A stretch of DNA of 64,000 bases, from the NCBI RefSeq assembly GCF_006345805.1, contig NC_043001.1:69192001-69256000 (forward strand). The letters are read 5' to 3'. Below are positions 40,372 to 54,768 of the stretch, in pieces (positions within the stretch are counted from its first letter, which is position 1; each line of letters begins with the position of its first letter). A model generated the notes under the pieces. It was not told the DNA's origin, did not search any database, and saw only the letters and a list, made by a program, of their open reading frames with translations. A program made the translations under genes and the position numbers. The stretch is from Octopus sinensis. Its lineage: Eukaryota.

Positions 40372-40728
40372 TAATATAGTATAATATAATATAATATATG
40401 TATATATATATATATGTATGTATATATTTATATATATATATATGTTAATATCGAACAAGGAGAATAAGTGCTGATGGATATGAATACTTTATCTATGTGT
40501 GAAGTCTATCATTGGTTTCATGTTAAGAGAAATCCTTTGACAATTATTAGGCCTGCCACATGGAACATCAGTGTTCGTGTCCAACTTTTATTTATACCTG
40601 TGTTAATTAGTACTAAGTATCTTTTCGTGTGCACCCATTACTACTGATGATCATAATCCTAATTTTTATTTCATCGATTTCATAGACTTATCTGTAACTG
40701 CTAAACTAATTTTACATTCACACACACA

Positions 40729-40823
<95 letters not shown>

Positions 40824-41089
40824 TCAATTTTCGAGTTCAAGCGGAACGTACGCATCACACACAATACACTCCAGCGTTTCCCGGGTCGTTGATAACAATA
40901 ACACAACAACCAACTGGTATTGCGGTATATGTCTCTGATAGGAAACAAAATTGATATAAAATTGTACCAGTCAGTGACCATGATGTGTATCTCGAGCAAT
41001 GGAGGGATACGCACGGTAAGTGTACTCATGTGTTGCCCTCTCATAGATGCGTGCTGTTGTTGTCTTCACTAAGGTTATCAGGTCAGATA

Positions 41090-41144
41090 TTTGTTTTCCA
41101 TCGCGCCACCCGTGTATAACACGGGTGGCGCGATGGAAAACAAA
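41090..41144. repeat. Perfect 26-bp GC-rich palindrome with 3-nt loop
   Basis: TTTGTTTTCCATCGCGCCACCCGTGT-ata-ACACGGGTGGCGCGATGGAAAACAAA. Confidence 0.97.
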
Positions 41145-41945
41145 GTAAATGCTATAAAAATTAGGGAGATTGTAGCAAAATCCTTACGGACTTTGAAGTT
41201 ATGGAATGAATAGTGAGTCTGAATATATACTAATAACGATAAGTAACTTCGCATAAGTCGGGTAGAATAAATAGGAAAATAATAAAGGCGAGAAAAGTAT
41301 GATAAACTTTTAGTCATACTTTCACGTCTTTACCACAGAAATGCAGGCTCTTACCGTGCTTAATCCTTGGGGAAATTTCATTGAATTTACACCTGAAAAC
41401 GCTCGTTTGGCATTCCTGAGTCGTTTGCCGTCAAGAAAATCTACATGGATAAATCATTTTCAGTAGTAAAGCGATTACAGTTATGCCAGAAGCACGGTTC
41501 ACTTGACAATTTTCTGAAGACATTCACATTGGCAGTTTAGTTGTGGCACAAAGGCCATTATTGATGGAAAAATGTGCCAATAATTGTTCCAAAAAGCATG
41601 TTTTTTTTATCATTTTCCTTTGACAAATAGAGTTTTGTGCATCACAAATGCACTTATAATACTCGTTGTACATTGCAGCATTTTTGCCACAAAAACTGTT
41701 AAAATTGGCAACGTAGATTAGAAGCCAATCCAAATATTGCCTGAAAATGACCTCAGAATTGTGCGATCTGATCTCGTTTTTCAGGTTATTCACGAAGAAA
41801 AAATGAGTTGTGCAAAAAGACGTACTTCATTTGGTGGCCAAAAGATTACTGAATCCTTTGATAACCCATACATCAAAATTGATACCCCATACATCATATA
41901 TACTCAGTTTTCAAATCCATAAGTAACATACGCGCTACACACATA

Positions 41946-41999
<54 letters not shown>

Positions 42000-42974
42000 C
42001 TGTTTTATATATATAGATATTCTACCTCCATCGCTCCACTCTTTTATGGTATATATTCTAAAATATATTTCATTAAATTTAAACCTTTACAACACATCAA
42101 TTATACTATTCTCACGTGTTATATTACTGATATGAATAATGAGGACACATATTTATATTCTTATTTATAATTGATTATATATAAGTTATAATATATGATA
42201 TATTACGTATTTATATCATACATCCGGTATGAATTATGTATGTAATAATGGTACTTCCATATTTTTAATATTCTCTTATATGTACCTAAATACTTTTTAA
42301 TTATCATTTTATTTTTCTTATAGTTTTTTTATCGTTTATATTACATTTTATCCTTTCGTTTTTTATGCTTTACATTTTTTATTGTATCTTCATTTATCTA
42401 ATTATTTATCTGATATTGAAAGCTACTCATCATTTCTTCTTTTATTTGACACCCTTCTTGTCACCGTAATGATTTTTCCTATGTTAACTACTAACCTGAA
42501 CAATCTACTACATTCTTCTGACTTAGTACTCAGGGAATCACGAAGTGGCACGAACTGGGGTCATTTGGAATGTTTAAAATGTGTAATTCATGTATATTCA
42601 CCTGATGAAAACGTTTTTTACATATGATGTAACATCTCTGTTTATCAATTAAAAATTTCCTTGGAAACAGCTATAGTGAATGAACCATTATCCATCTGTT
42701 GTTATTTATTTATTGTTCATCTTAAACAGAACCTGGTATTAGCGTGGATCCAGAGCCTATTAAGTGAAGTACAATTCATGCAGTGAGTGTTCCTTAATAC
42801 AACCTTGAGACTTAGTATACTCAGTCAGGTGCAGTTAATCATATATACACCCGGAATAATTATTTCATTATACATTGGTATGTATTATAGGCGAATCACA
42901 TTATGTAACCCGACCTAGTGCTTTACCATTTAAGTACCTCATTCACTAGAATCCTGAACTCTTACGTTATTTTC

Positions 42975-43229
42975 TTCTTTTATTGTTTCACTTGTTTCAG
43001 TCATTTAACTGCGGCCATTTTGGAGCACCACGATTAGACCAATAAATAAGACCTAGGACTTATTATTCGTAAGCCTAATACATATTCTATGGATATATCT
43101 TGCCGAACCGCTAAGTGACGGGGGACGTAAACACACCGACGTCAGTTATCAAGCGATTCTGGGGAAATAAAAACACAGACATTAATAGAAATATACACAT
43201 ACATACATACCTACATACACACACACACA

Positions 43230-43309
<80 letters not shown>

Positions 43310-43433
43310 ACGGGCTACTTTCACTTTCCGTCTACCAAATTCACTCACAACGATTTGGTCGTCCCGTGGCAATAGTATATGATACAGGACCAAGGTGTCA
43401 CGCAGTGGGATTAAACCACACATCCACCCTGCG

Positions 43434-43435
<2 letters not shown>
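42975..43435 (-). mobile_element. SINE family A, complete, with long internal (TA)n
   Basis: Reverse-complement homology to both the head and the tail of 13761-14100. Confidence 0.8.
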
Positions 43436-43468
<33 letters not shown>

Positions 43469-45611
43469 TGTATATATCATGTAGTAGAATCGATAAAAAT
43501 TATACTGTAAACTTTCTCCGAGGATTGGAAAATTCAATATTTTGGACACAGTGTTCTTATGCTGAAAGTTGAAAGAAGAGAAATTAACAAGGGACAGCTG
43601 AGTTTTGTATCCTCTAATTAAAAAAAAGTTGGCGATGCCAGTATCAGTGTGAGAACGAAGAAAGGAAGAATAATCGAGTGAAGAGTTTCTGGGAAAATCA
43701 TGAGTGAGATAAGCAGTAAATATTTGGTGAAAGATGGGTCTGAAGGATTAAAAGTGACTGAATGAACTAAGAAAAGATGTAAAAGTGGAAAGAATAGGTA
43801 CATCATATCTGTTGATGACGTGAGGGCAAATTCGAATGTGAAACGTTGTTTCTTCTGTTCCCCTGAGAATGTGGCTATATGGTGTGCATGGATACCGCAA
43901 ACCAATTAATGCGTGATGGAATTAGGCTGTTGTGTTGGAGTGAGGCAGGTTGGCCAGGCGTACGTAGTAGCATGCTTCGAAAATGTTCCCGAAAGCAATC
44001 AGCATGGCATCTGGCCTGTTTCCTCGCCATGAAGAACGCTGTAAATTTTGCGTATAATATATTATATAAGGTCAGACTATATGCAACTTAAGTTCTGAGT
44101 AATATGATATTGTGTCACAGGCGCAGTGATGGCTGTAGAATTATTAATGTTAGGGCAGCGTCAGCGAGCACATCTAGAAGTACCTGGCTGTGTGTGGATG
44201 GGTCTCCAACTGGCCAAACAACAGAAATCTTTGTCATATTTTCGAACAGTGGAGTTTAGCATCACCACACAGCACAGAGCAATATCTGTGGATCGCTGTT
44301 TCCGGGTTATTTCACTTCCTCGGCACAAAATAACTGCCCAGCTGAGATGGCGCTGCTAAACTTCCGTTTGAAAATATATAGTTTTCAAAGTGATACACAA
44401 TTACTGAGCTACAATCGCTGTACTTGTCTCTCCACCATCCCTTGACAACTAATGTTGGTGTGTTTACTTTCCCGTCACCGAGCGGTTCGGCAAAAATAAC
44501 CTATAGGCTTATAAAAAATATTTTCTGGAGTCAATTTCTTCGACTAAAACCCGTTATTGGCGGTGGTCCAGTATGGTCACTGACAATTGACTGAAACATT
44601 TAAAAGAATATGTATGTGAGTGTGTGAGAGAAAGATAGAGCGTATGTGTGTGGTGGGGGGTGTTTATGAATTAATGTATGTATATAAGCGTGTGGCTGTT
44701 AGTACACTATTTAAGTGAAATTGTTCATGCATAAGATACGTTTTATGAATTTATTAAACTTACACGTGCAAGACTTTCATTTATGCATAATGCTGGTACA
44801 AACACACACGCATATACACACTTCCATCCACACACACATACAGTAATATATGATAGATGCACACACACGCGCACACACATACACAAACACACACACTATG
44901 CCTGTTCTATTATATTTCTTTTAGTTTCTGTCCCATCTTCACTCGTACTCTATTTCAGTTTTATCTCTTACTATTTTCTACTATTTTCCTTCACTCTAGT
45001 ACGTTTCATCTGGTCCTACATCGATGTCTATGGTATTAACCTCATCAAAATTTCCTTCCCTCGTCGGCTACCTTTTCCACATGAGCTGTGTAATTCGTAC
45101 GTCTCTATCATTACATTCTATTCACTTTTCTTCATTAGATTCCTTCTTTGACTTATTTACTCGTTTTGTTCGTCCTTGCCTTTAATTATTTTTCAATATA
45201 TTTACACATTTCACTGTATTGGTAAGCATCAATTTCACACAACTTCTCTCTAATTACTTTCTATCGATCCCTATCTCTAGATATGTCCTTTTATTTCAGC
45301 CATATCAGTCTCCGATTTCGTATCTCCCTTGTCTATTTTATTTGTATTTCATAATGTTTTATGCTTGAATAAGCTTATTTTGTTAAGATTTAGATTTATT
45401 ATATTTTATCTTGTTCAGGCGATGTTTTATTAGGCTTTGTCGATTATATTACCGAAACGTTTGTTCCTTCACTTTAAAGGAATGCATGTGTAAGAATGCA
45501 AGAATACACACACTCGTAGACGCACGAATCACGTACACACAAACACACACGCACGCACACATACATACATACATACATACATACAACATACACACACACT
45601 CACACACATAT

Positions 45612-45681
<70 letters not shown>

Positions 45682-45695
45682 TTATGTATATTTGT

Positions 45696-46049
45696 GAGGC
45701 GCAATGGCCCAATGATTAGGGCAACGCGCATCGCGGTTTCGATTCCCAGACCGTGTCTTATGAGTGTTTATTGAGTGTAAGCACCTAAAGCTCCACGAGG
45801 CTCCGGCAGGGGGTGGAGTCGCACCCTGCTGTACTCTTTCAACACAACTTTCTCTCACTCTTTCTGTTTCTGTTATACCTGCATTTCAAAGGGCCTGTCA
45901 TATTCTGTGTCACGTTGAAACTCGCTGAGAACTACGTTAAGGGTACTCGTGTCTGTGGAGTGCTCAGCCTCTTGCACGTTAATTTCACGAGCACGCTGTT
46001 CCGTTGATCGGCTCAATTGGAACCCTTGTCGTAACCAACGGACTGCCAC
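45696..46049 (+). mobile_element. SINE of the same family as 63218-63587 (head partly deleted)
   Basis: Colinear homology over head, middle and tail. Confidence 0.82.
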
Positions 46050-46054
46050 GACAC

Positions 46055-46091
<37 letters not shown>

Positions 46092-46507
46092 TTACATGGA
46101 AAATGATGCGTGGCGTTCGATCGTATAATAATATAAATAATATATAAATATATGCATATATACATACATATATGTACATACATACATATACATGTATACA
46201 TACATATATGGGTACAGGACATCAAAAAGACGTTGAACACAATGAGAATCAGAAACATAAAAACAAAATGATAGAAACGAACTTTTTTTCAGACAGCGAA
46301 AAAAACAGAAAAAAACAAACAGAGGACAAACGAGACATACAACATAAAGAATATTCCCCTTCTTCAGTTGTCCCTGTTTCAACTACTCCTCGTTTCGAAG
46401 GCGAGAAGGTGAAACTCTGAGTAACAGTTTCTGTGATATTCTTGTTGCTTTTTCAATAAAATATATTTATATGTATGTATATATGTATGTTTGCATCTAT
46501 GTAAGCG

Positions 46508-46539
<32 letters not shown>

Positions 46540-49487
46540 TGTATGTATGTATGTATGCATGTATGCATGTATGTATGTATGTGTGAATAGACACAAGGAG
46601 CGAAAATGGAAATAGAAGGACCGGTTGCTTGCATATTTGATGTACAATCAAATATTTCTTGTAAAGACTAAACATAGACTCACTGCTTTTTATTATGTAA
46701 CTTCTAGTTACTGAATGAACGGGAGAGAAGGATATATAACGAATATTAGGGCTGTGTTTTCCAGTCATAAGTTATATGACCGAACTTCACTTCTGTCATT
46801 CATTCGCTCTCGTTATCTGTATTTCTCAAACTGCCTCTTGTTTATATAGAGAGTTGGGATATACAAAATTCGAATTACAACCGAGTCATAGCGTCCCTTT
46901 ATGATCATAAAAGATTAAAAAAAAGTAACGATTTGCATATAGTGTACAGTAATATATGATAGAACAGTAGGCTAAAGCCAACAGAAATTAAAACTATCTG
47001 AACGAGGATAGACAACAGAACATCTGGGGTAGTTTGAATGGGTTTACTCTGCTTTCTGTATCTTATATAGAAATCCTGAACTCAATACCCAATTATCTCA
47101 TCCATATTAAGACTATGAAATAGAAAGACAATGCAGTCGGAGAAGGAAGATTCACAATCATATTTCTAAACGTTATGTGCTGAAAAAACTTGAGAGCTTC
47201 AGTAGACATTATTACTAATTCAATAGACGTTACCACTACTTCTATGTACATGAACATTAAAAAATATTTTGCATCAGCAACAATAATTCTACCCTTGACA
47301 CGAGAACAATATTTGGCGGGTGGGGGCAATAGATCTTATCGACATCACAAAATGCAGTCGATGCATTTAATACCAGGACGCAAAGAGCCATAGTTAAACG
47401 TAAGTACGATATTAGTACATCGACACACTGATAGAAATCTCGAACGAGAAATGCGAAGGAGATGGCGTAAATTTCAAAGAACCTGGATTTGGAAATTCAA
47501 ATAAGAAAATGTCGGATACGATTACTAATATTAAATAGAGCAATATGTATGATAAGAAATAAATATAACTAAATAAGAGCAAAATTTGATTTGCAAAATT
47601 ACATAGAGTTTGAAAAATACTCTCGTCCAATGCAGCCCACATCCTCGACAAGACACTCGTAATTCAAGAGTACAGCTGAATCAGTAGTCTCTCTGTACAC
47701 AACACACTAAACACAACAATCAACCAAGTTACTGAAATGCTAAAATATCATAGAAGCTTGTAACTTGACGTTCTGGAAATAATTTCCAAACCTTTAAAGT
47801 TTTGTCTACAATCTTGAAAATGAAATATATATTAATATAAATCTCAGTCCCTATTACACTAAGTTTGAAACTTAGATGCAATAAATTACATTGGTCATAA
47901 GTGAATGGAACAAGGTTGACTTGAGTCAATGCTCAATATCAGATATATCAATGCAATTGATGCTTTATAAACCTAAAACATTTTATTGCTGTATCGTTAA
48001 CGATTTTTTTTTCCGTTTTGTAATAAATATTTGATAAAGAATATATATATAAATTCTCAATACAATCTTACAGATTGTAGGAGGTGAAGATGCTGGTTAC
48101 TGTTTTATTTCGTCAGCGAGGAAGTCTCTTCCTTTTAGACGATGTGAGTTCATAAAATTCGAGATTCATTGATGTAAGTGGATGTTGAAAAACACAGAGT
48201 TCCGACCTTATTGTGTGTCAAAGCTACCCTCTGATCAATGAACTACCAAGTGTACTGTTCTAGTTCATAGAAATCAGCATATTATTTGCTGACGCGTGCT
48301 GATGTCTCACAAACCGATAGTAATATATTAGACGCACTCAGACAACTCATCATCTAAAAAGAAGAGATATTTTCCGATGATGAAACGTAACAGTGAACAG
48401 ATATTCACCTTCGAATTGGTTACATCGTATTGAGATTGAAAAGAAACGTTATTCCTTGGATTCTCGCTGATTCGCGTGCATCTTATAAAATTTATAATGA
48501 ATTTTGTTTGCTACAATAAGCAGTAAGCATTTAATATCCTTGTATCAAGTGTATCATGAAAAGTGTGCCATTAAATTATTCATGATAAACCTGAAGTTAT
48601 AGCTCAAGCTTGGATCTCAAATTATTTTTCTTTATGTCTTTACATATAAATTATTTAATTTCAATTCTGCAACTGTAACTATTGTTCAATGTCTATATAT
48701 TTCCCCATCAAATTATTAGTATATTAAATATTCTATTCTTAATATTTTAAATATTCTATGAATATATTGTTTCATTATTCCTATTTTTGTGCATTAGCTT
48801 AATAATAAGTTCATTAGCGTCTAACTTAATTATTCCGAGTTCGGTAAACCATATGCCAGAGTAGTTTGTAACTTTATATTCGCTACAATTCTTTCTCTTC
48901 CAAGTTGCAAATAACTTTAACACAATTCTTGCGTTCCTTTCTAAATGGGAAATATATTATTAATGACTTTTAATTTTAGTACGTATTGTCTAGTGTAAAG
49001 CTAGATTAACACGATCAATAATCATTTCTTCAATAATTGTTTAAACACACACAAACATGTGTATTTATGTATACCTCCGAATATGTGCATCTATATGTAC
49101 GTGTGCATGTATGTATGCATATGAATGTTCATAGAATAGTCCAGTATTACGAGTGATTATTCTTTCTCCTCTACTCTTTCTTCATCCTATCTCTTTCTCT
49201 CTCTTAGTCTTCTCAATTTCTCTCCTTCACTCTCTCTGTCGCTGGTACTACAGTTCATTAAACGATTGAACAATCTTTGTAGAAATCGATGTACATTCCA
49301 ACACATATACTAACACACACAGACACAAGCACGCACTCATACTCACAGGCACTTATGCATGATAAAATGGAGTAGGGGCAGATTTTGTCAAACATATGCG
49401 CAGCCGTTGCTTCAGAAGCTGGTGGGATCCAAGTTATGCCTACTATAGTAAGACATACATTTATTTACACACACACGCACACACACA

Positions 49488-49521
<34 letters not shown>

Positions 49522-49524
<3 letters not shown>

Positions 49525-49709
49525 CACGGAACACGTCCGAGACATCCGACTCGGTAATGACACTCCGGTCTCGCGCCATTTCCGCTCTACCGGTCACTCT
49601 TTGCAACACCTGTCTGTGTTCGGATTGTCCTTGCACAGGGGCCATTCGGACTCCAATCTGAACAGGGATTAATCTTCTCTTTTCGCTCCTTTGCGCCACA
49701 TGGGCTCAA
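49522..49709 (+). mobile_element. Penelope-like element GIY-YIG endonuclease C-terminal fragment
   Basis: ITEHVRDIRLGNDTPVSRHFRSTGHSLQHLSVFGL...EQGLIF...PHGLN pattern (EH...PV.RHF...H...EQ.LIF...P.GLN), followed by a C/T-rich tail. Confidence 0.75.
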
Positions 49710-50452
49710 CTCTCCTCCCCTCTTCATCTAACCTCCTCCTCTACCTCTCTCCCTCTCACACCTACTTCCTCCCCCACCTCTCCTCTCTTGCTCCGACTCC
49801 TACTTCTTCTCTTCACTTCTACTCTCCTTCTCACTTCTCTTCACTCCTACCCACCTTCTCCTTTTCCCTCTCCCTTAATTGTCAAATCCACCCACATAAA
49901 ATCCAACCCCATCTTCTTTATCCATCCCATCCCACCCCACCCATTCCTTACACCCACTCACATACTCCACCTCTACCCCCACCCTCAGCCTACACATATA
50001 CCCCACCTCTACCCCCACCCTTGCTTTCCCTACTCTCGCCTCCCCCACATCCCAACCACGCCACGCACCACTACACCATGCACCACCATACCGCACAACA
50101 CCACATCACATTATATCATACCACCACGCACACGCTAGCGCTGACCACTTCCCAGCCCCACATTCACACACCTACACATATACACACGCACACTTACATT
50201 TTAAAGTGACGGAGTATTAAAATTTGTGGTAGGGAGAGATAAAGATAAACTCAAAGAAGAAGCAATAGGTATGGGAGTAGTGAAGGCTGTTGGAGGTATT
50301 CAGACCGAAGGGGGTATTATATAGGTTGTAAAGTTACCTTTGCTATTACATTCTCTTACCATTCTCTGGGTCCTAGATTATCCACATCTGGATTGTACAT
50401 TTATTCAATGTTCTTCGTACAGTTAAGAGGAAATTTTAATGTTCGCCACCCG

Positions 50453-50485
<33 letters not shown>

Positions 50486-51484
50486 CCTTATTTATTATTC
50501 CGAGATAACTGGTCTCGTTTTTTATTTTTCCAAATTGTTTTATCACCAACTGCTTATTCTGTTCTTTGTCTTTTCAAAGAAATGCTTTCTTTGGTCGTAT
50601 TGATTTTCTTCAAATTTGATTTTTTTTTTCCCTATTAAGCCCGTTTCTTTCTGCATTTTTTCTATGTAAACAACTTTGCTTTCAATATTGTCAACTTACC
50701 ATCGTGTTTTCTCCCTATTCTATTTGGTGTTCTTGACTGATGATTACTTTACATTCAATAGATCGAGCATAGTTTCCTTCAATTCGGACATAAGTACATC
50801 CACTCATTTTATTCCAGCAACTTTCCATACTGCAATTTGTTTTTATCTGAGTGAAAACAATCACCCATAGTCACAGTAGAATTTAGTTTCAGCAAAATTT
50901 AATTTATCAATAACTTAGCAACAAGTTTCTGCTGATTCTGGTTCACTGATTTTGTATTGACCATTCCTTATTGCTTCGGTATTTCTTTGAGAGTCTCTTC
51001 GCTGTTGACCGAAGATTATTACGATTTTTTGTTTTATTTTTAATCTTCAGTTTGTTATTATTTGTCTATGTGACACTTATTATTTTTATATATGTTTGTT
51101 GGGGATAGTTATTCATTGTCAGATTTCCGTTAGGATTATTTGATCTTAAGTCACGTTGCGTATATATATGTATGCCTCGCACGAAGGTATTCCGCTATCA
51201 CGATACAAACTTAGCTTATATAATTATCTGTAATATTGCTTTAATATAACACCTACCTATATATTATGTATTATTTTATCAATCATTCACAAAATATTTG
51301 ACATAGTTGTAAAGACCTGTTCTGTATATATTATATAAAACGTATCTATTTTTTCCATAAATATATTCCTAGCACTTGTAATTGTTATTACAACGCATTT
51401 CCTCTCAACACACTCAGACACATAGCACATTTACACATACACATATGTGCATATACATATACGTATTTATATATATATATAAAT

Positions 51485-51534
<50 letters not shown>

Positions 51535-51582
51535 CATATATAAATGTTTATGTGTGTGTATATATATATATATACGCACATA

Positions 51583-51712
51583 CTTCCCAACCAAATGGTT
51601 CCGGGTTCAGTCCCATTGCGCGGCACCTTGGGCAAGGGTCTTCTACTACAGCCTCTGACCCACCAAACCCTTGCGAGTGAATTTGGTAGACAGAAACTGA
51701 AAGGATCCCCTT
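51583..51712 (+). mobile_element. SINE family A head only, 5'-truncated
   Basis: GGTTCCGGGTTCAGTCCCATTGCGCGGCACCTTGGGCAAG...GGTAGACAGAAACTGAAAG. Confidence 0.8.
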
Positions 51713-51759
51713 GTATATATGTGTGTGTGTGTGTGTATACACCCCCCATATATATATAT

Positions 51760-51835
<76 letters not shown>

Positions 51836-51837
<2 letters not shown>

Positions 51838-52372
51838 TTTTGACCGACCAGTCCGTCGGGCGTCCATTTGACAATGCTGGTCACAGCACACAGTCCACTT
51901 CTCTCTGGATCGCGTCTTTCTCATCCACGTGATCCCAATCGTCCTCCTGAAAAATATGTGCCGAGATATCGGAAAGGAAATCTCATGGAGAGTAAGGGCC
52001 GGATGGAAGGCGTTTGATGGCATAAGGGATGTGCTCAAGGGAAGGATGGACAGGACCACCCGTGCCAATCTCATCAACAGCACAGTTCTACCTGCAATGT
52101 CATATGGTAGTGAAACATAGTCTACAACAAAGAGAGAAGAGCGGAGACTGGAACGGCTCGAAGAGCCATGGAACGGTCAATGCTTGGAATCTCGTTGAGA
52201 GAGCACATCAGTAGCTAGGTCATCAGAGAGAAGTCTGGCGTGAGGGATGTCATCGCAGAATATACACACAGAAAGTTTAGATGGGCTGGACACGTCGCCT
52301 GGCTCACCGATAATGTCGAGTGGTATCCTCGCGAGCGGAAACGATCACTCGGAAGGCCTCCACGACGGTGGA
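51836..52372 (+). mobile_element. RTE-clade LINE 3' fragment (RT C-terminal region)
   Basis: EISWRVRAGWKAF, NSTVLPAMSYGSET, RKFRWAGHVA, GRPPRRW. Starts directly after a (TA)n run. Confidence 0.82.
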
Positions 52373-52550
52373 ATATATATATATGTAATGGAGAAATTGT
52401 ACAAAATGTATAAATGGATGATGAGTAAAGCACCGGCACAGTTTCGATTATCTGTTGTTATCCGTAGATTTAATATAGGCACTTTGTATTGGCATTTTGG
52501 GTAACAGCCTTTATAAAATACGGGATGGAATGTTTAATAGACTTCATTGC

Positions 52551-52591
52551 GTACAATATATGTTTCGACCCGTTCTGGTCTATTCAGGTAC
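52551..52591 (-). ncRNA. Degenerate minimal hammerhead motif
   Basis: Minus strand GTAC-CTGAATA-GACC-agaacg-GGTC-GAAAC-atat-ATT-GTAC. Stem I 4 bp and stem II 4 bp are intact, but core G8 is U and the stem III pair is C-A. Confidence 0.5.
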
Positions 52592-53483
52592 ATCAATAAA
52601 ATGTCTCACTAGACATTTCTCGAGTCGGCTTAAATACTGCGATATGATCATCAAATTCGAGAATGAGTAAAATAAGGCAAAATATTATTGAAACCTCCAA
52701 AATTCAATTATGAACGTCGAAAGTATACACTTTGGTATAGAGAAAATGACATACTCAGCCTTCACTGGTGTAACTGTTAAGAGAAAGAAAAGGAAGTAGA
52801 AGAAATTTAATACTTATACAAAAATTATTTTTGTATTCGTGCTTAGACGCATATATACAGATGTACATATATAGATATACGCACATATACATTCGCGCTC
52901 ACACACGCATATATATGGGCTTATAATATAAGATACACGCGCATACGCACATATAAGGACAAATATATACATATATATGTATATGAACTCGTATACGTTG
53001 GTACACAGTGTATATATACATAAATATACGTATATAGCATAGATGAATATGTGCATAGATACATATATTTGTGATTGTCCCTCCTCCCGACAACCCTTGA
53101 CAAAGATGTTGATATGTTTACGACCCCGTAACTTAACGGCTCAGCAACAGAAAACGATAGAATAAGTATTAGGTTTACGAAGAAGAAGATCTGGGGTCGA
53201 TTTTTTAGGCTAACGGCAGTGCCCCAGCATGTCCGCGGTCAAATGACTGAAAGAAAGAAAAGAACATATATATGTATATATATATATATAAACATAATGT
53301 GTCTGGGGAAAGTCATTTTCTTTTTGTGTCTTATAATTTAACACACATCTGTCCGTTAGTCACACTGCGTTCCTTTTTGTTTGTTTCTGCGCATCAGTGT
53401 GTGTCTGCACATGCATGTGTATATATTCGCATGTGTGTATGCATGTGTGAGTACATATGCAAATATGTATGTCTGTATATTTG

Positions 53484-53526
<43 letters not shown>

Positions 53527-53581
53527 CATATCTATATATATATATATATATACATGTATACATACATACGTATATACATGC

Positions 53582-53614
<33 letters not shown>

Positions 53615-53707
53615 TATATATATGCATGTATATACGTATGTATGTATACATGTATATATATATTCATGTATATATATATTCATGTATTATATATATATAT
53701 AGATATG

Positions 53708-53740
<33 letters not shown>

Positions 53741-53742
<2 letters not shown>

Positions 53743-53782
53743 TAGCATTAAAGACCCGTCGTTGCCGGGTTATAGTGCTAGT
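53741..53782. mobile_element. Helitron-type 3' terminus (hairpin and CTAG|T), readable on both strands
   Basis: ACTAGCA-ttaaag-ACCCG-tcgttgc-CGGGT-tatag-TGCTAGT. Confidence 0.6.
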
Positions 53783-53879
53783 GCATGTATATATGTGTAT
53801 ATATATGTGTACATATTACATGTACATCTATATATATACATCTACACATAAAATACAAAATACAAAGTTATATCTTGAT

Positions 53880-54240
53880 ATCGCTAGTGATAACAATACT
53901 CAAAATATATAATAGACTGGAATTGTTAGACCGTCTCTTGTACTTTCGATCAATTGTATCTTGTCCTCCCTCTTGTATAGAAATGTGGCTACAATCCAGC
54001 CTACCTCCACTTCGGCGGGGTGGGAGCATTTAAATAGTTTTTTCCGGGACGTCCTACGTCCCAGATATAAAGGTAGAAATAAAATATTTCCACTTTGCAA
54101 GTTCGAGTCGAGTACTCCCTTGCACGCTCCGTTGACTCGAACCTTGCTTCTATTGTGGGGAATTTACCGCCTCTGATTAGATACCTTTCATAGTCGCACC
54201 AAGAAACTTTTCGAAGGTGCTTTCCTCCATGTGTTCAAAT
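53880..54240 (-). mobile_element. Second diverged copy of the ORF1-like relic
   Basis: YLIRGGKFPTIEARFESTERAREYSTRT(fs)LQSGNILFLPLYLGRR aligns with YIGRGTRSATVEAQFETANIAKEFSTKTLRNEKIILLPTYLGRR at 10.85-10.98 kb. Confidence 0.55.
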
Positions 54241-54499
54241 CTTCCTTTTTCTCTACATTGTATACTTTATAGACAATAGTCTTTTCTTTAATTTAATTTT
54301 TTTTATCCATCTGGACTATTCCATTTCTGTACGCTAATTTTATTTTTAATTTATTCCCATTCATGTGAAACCACTTATTCAAGTTCAAATCATTGATGCA
54401 ATTTTATACCAATTGCTATTTTTACTTTTGTTATGATACGATTATATTATACTTTAGTTTGATTTTAATTATTAATAACTACATATAATTCAATTATTA

Positions 54500-54768
54500 T
54501 TATTTTTATTGTTAAAGTGAAAATATCTGACATAAAATAAAGAAATGTTTTTGTTTCACTTTTAACACGTAATACTGAAATAAAGGAGAAGATATGATAT
54601 TGCTATGGGCTCGCTCTAGGCAAGACGTTGAACATTTTTTTGCCTATAAAACTACATGGACCCTAAGGCATGTGTAAAAGTTGAATGAAATTGGTTGTGT
54701 AGTTCTCAAGTTTTAGGGAAACACACAGACAGACAGACAGACACACATTCTCAGTTTTATATATATGT

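Noticed and set aside
42602-42615. CTGATGA-AAACGTT hammerhead-like word
   Set aside because: No stem II between the cores and no stem I. At most a deleted relic.
47093-47329. Hydrophobic ORF with faint cytochrome-b-like NLPSP
   Set aside because: Similarity is only a few residues, with no other motifs or splice support.
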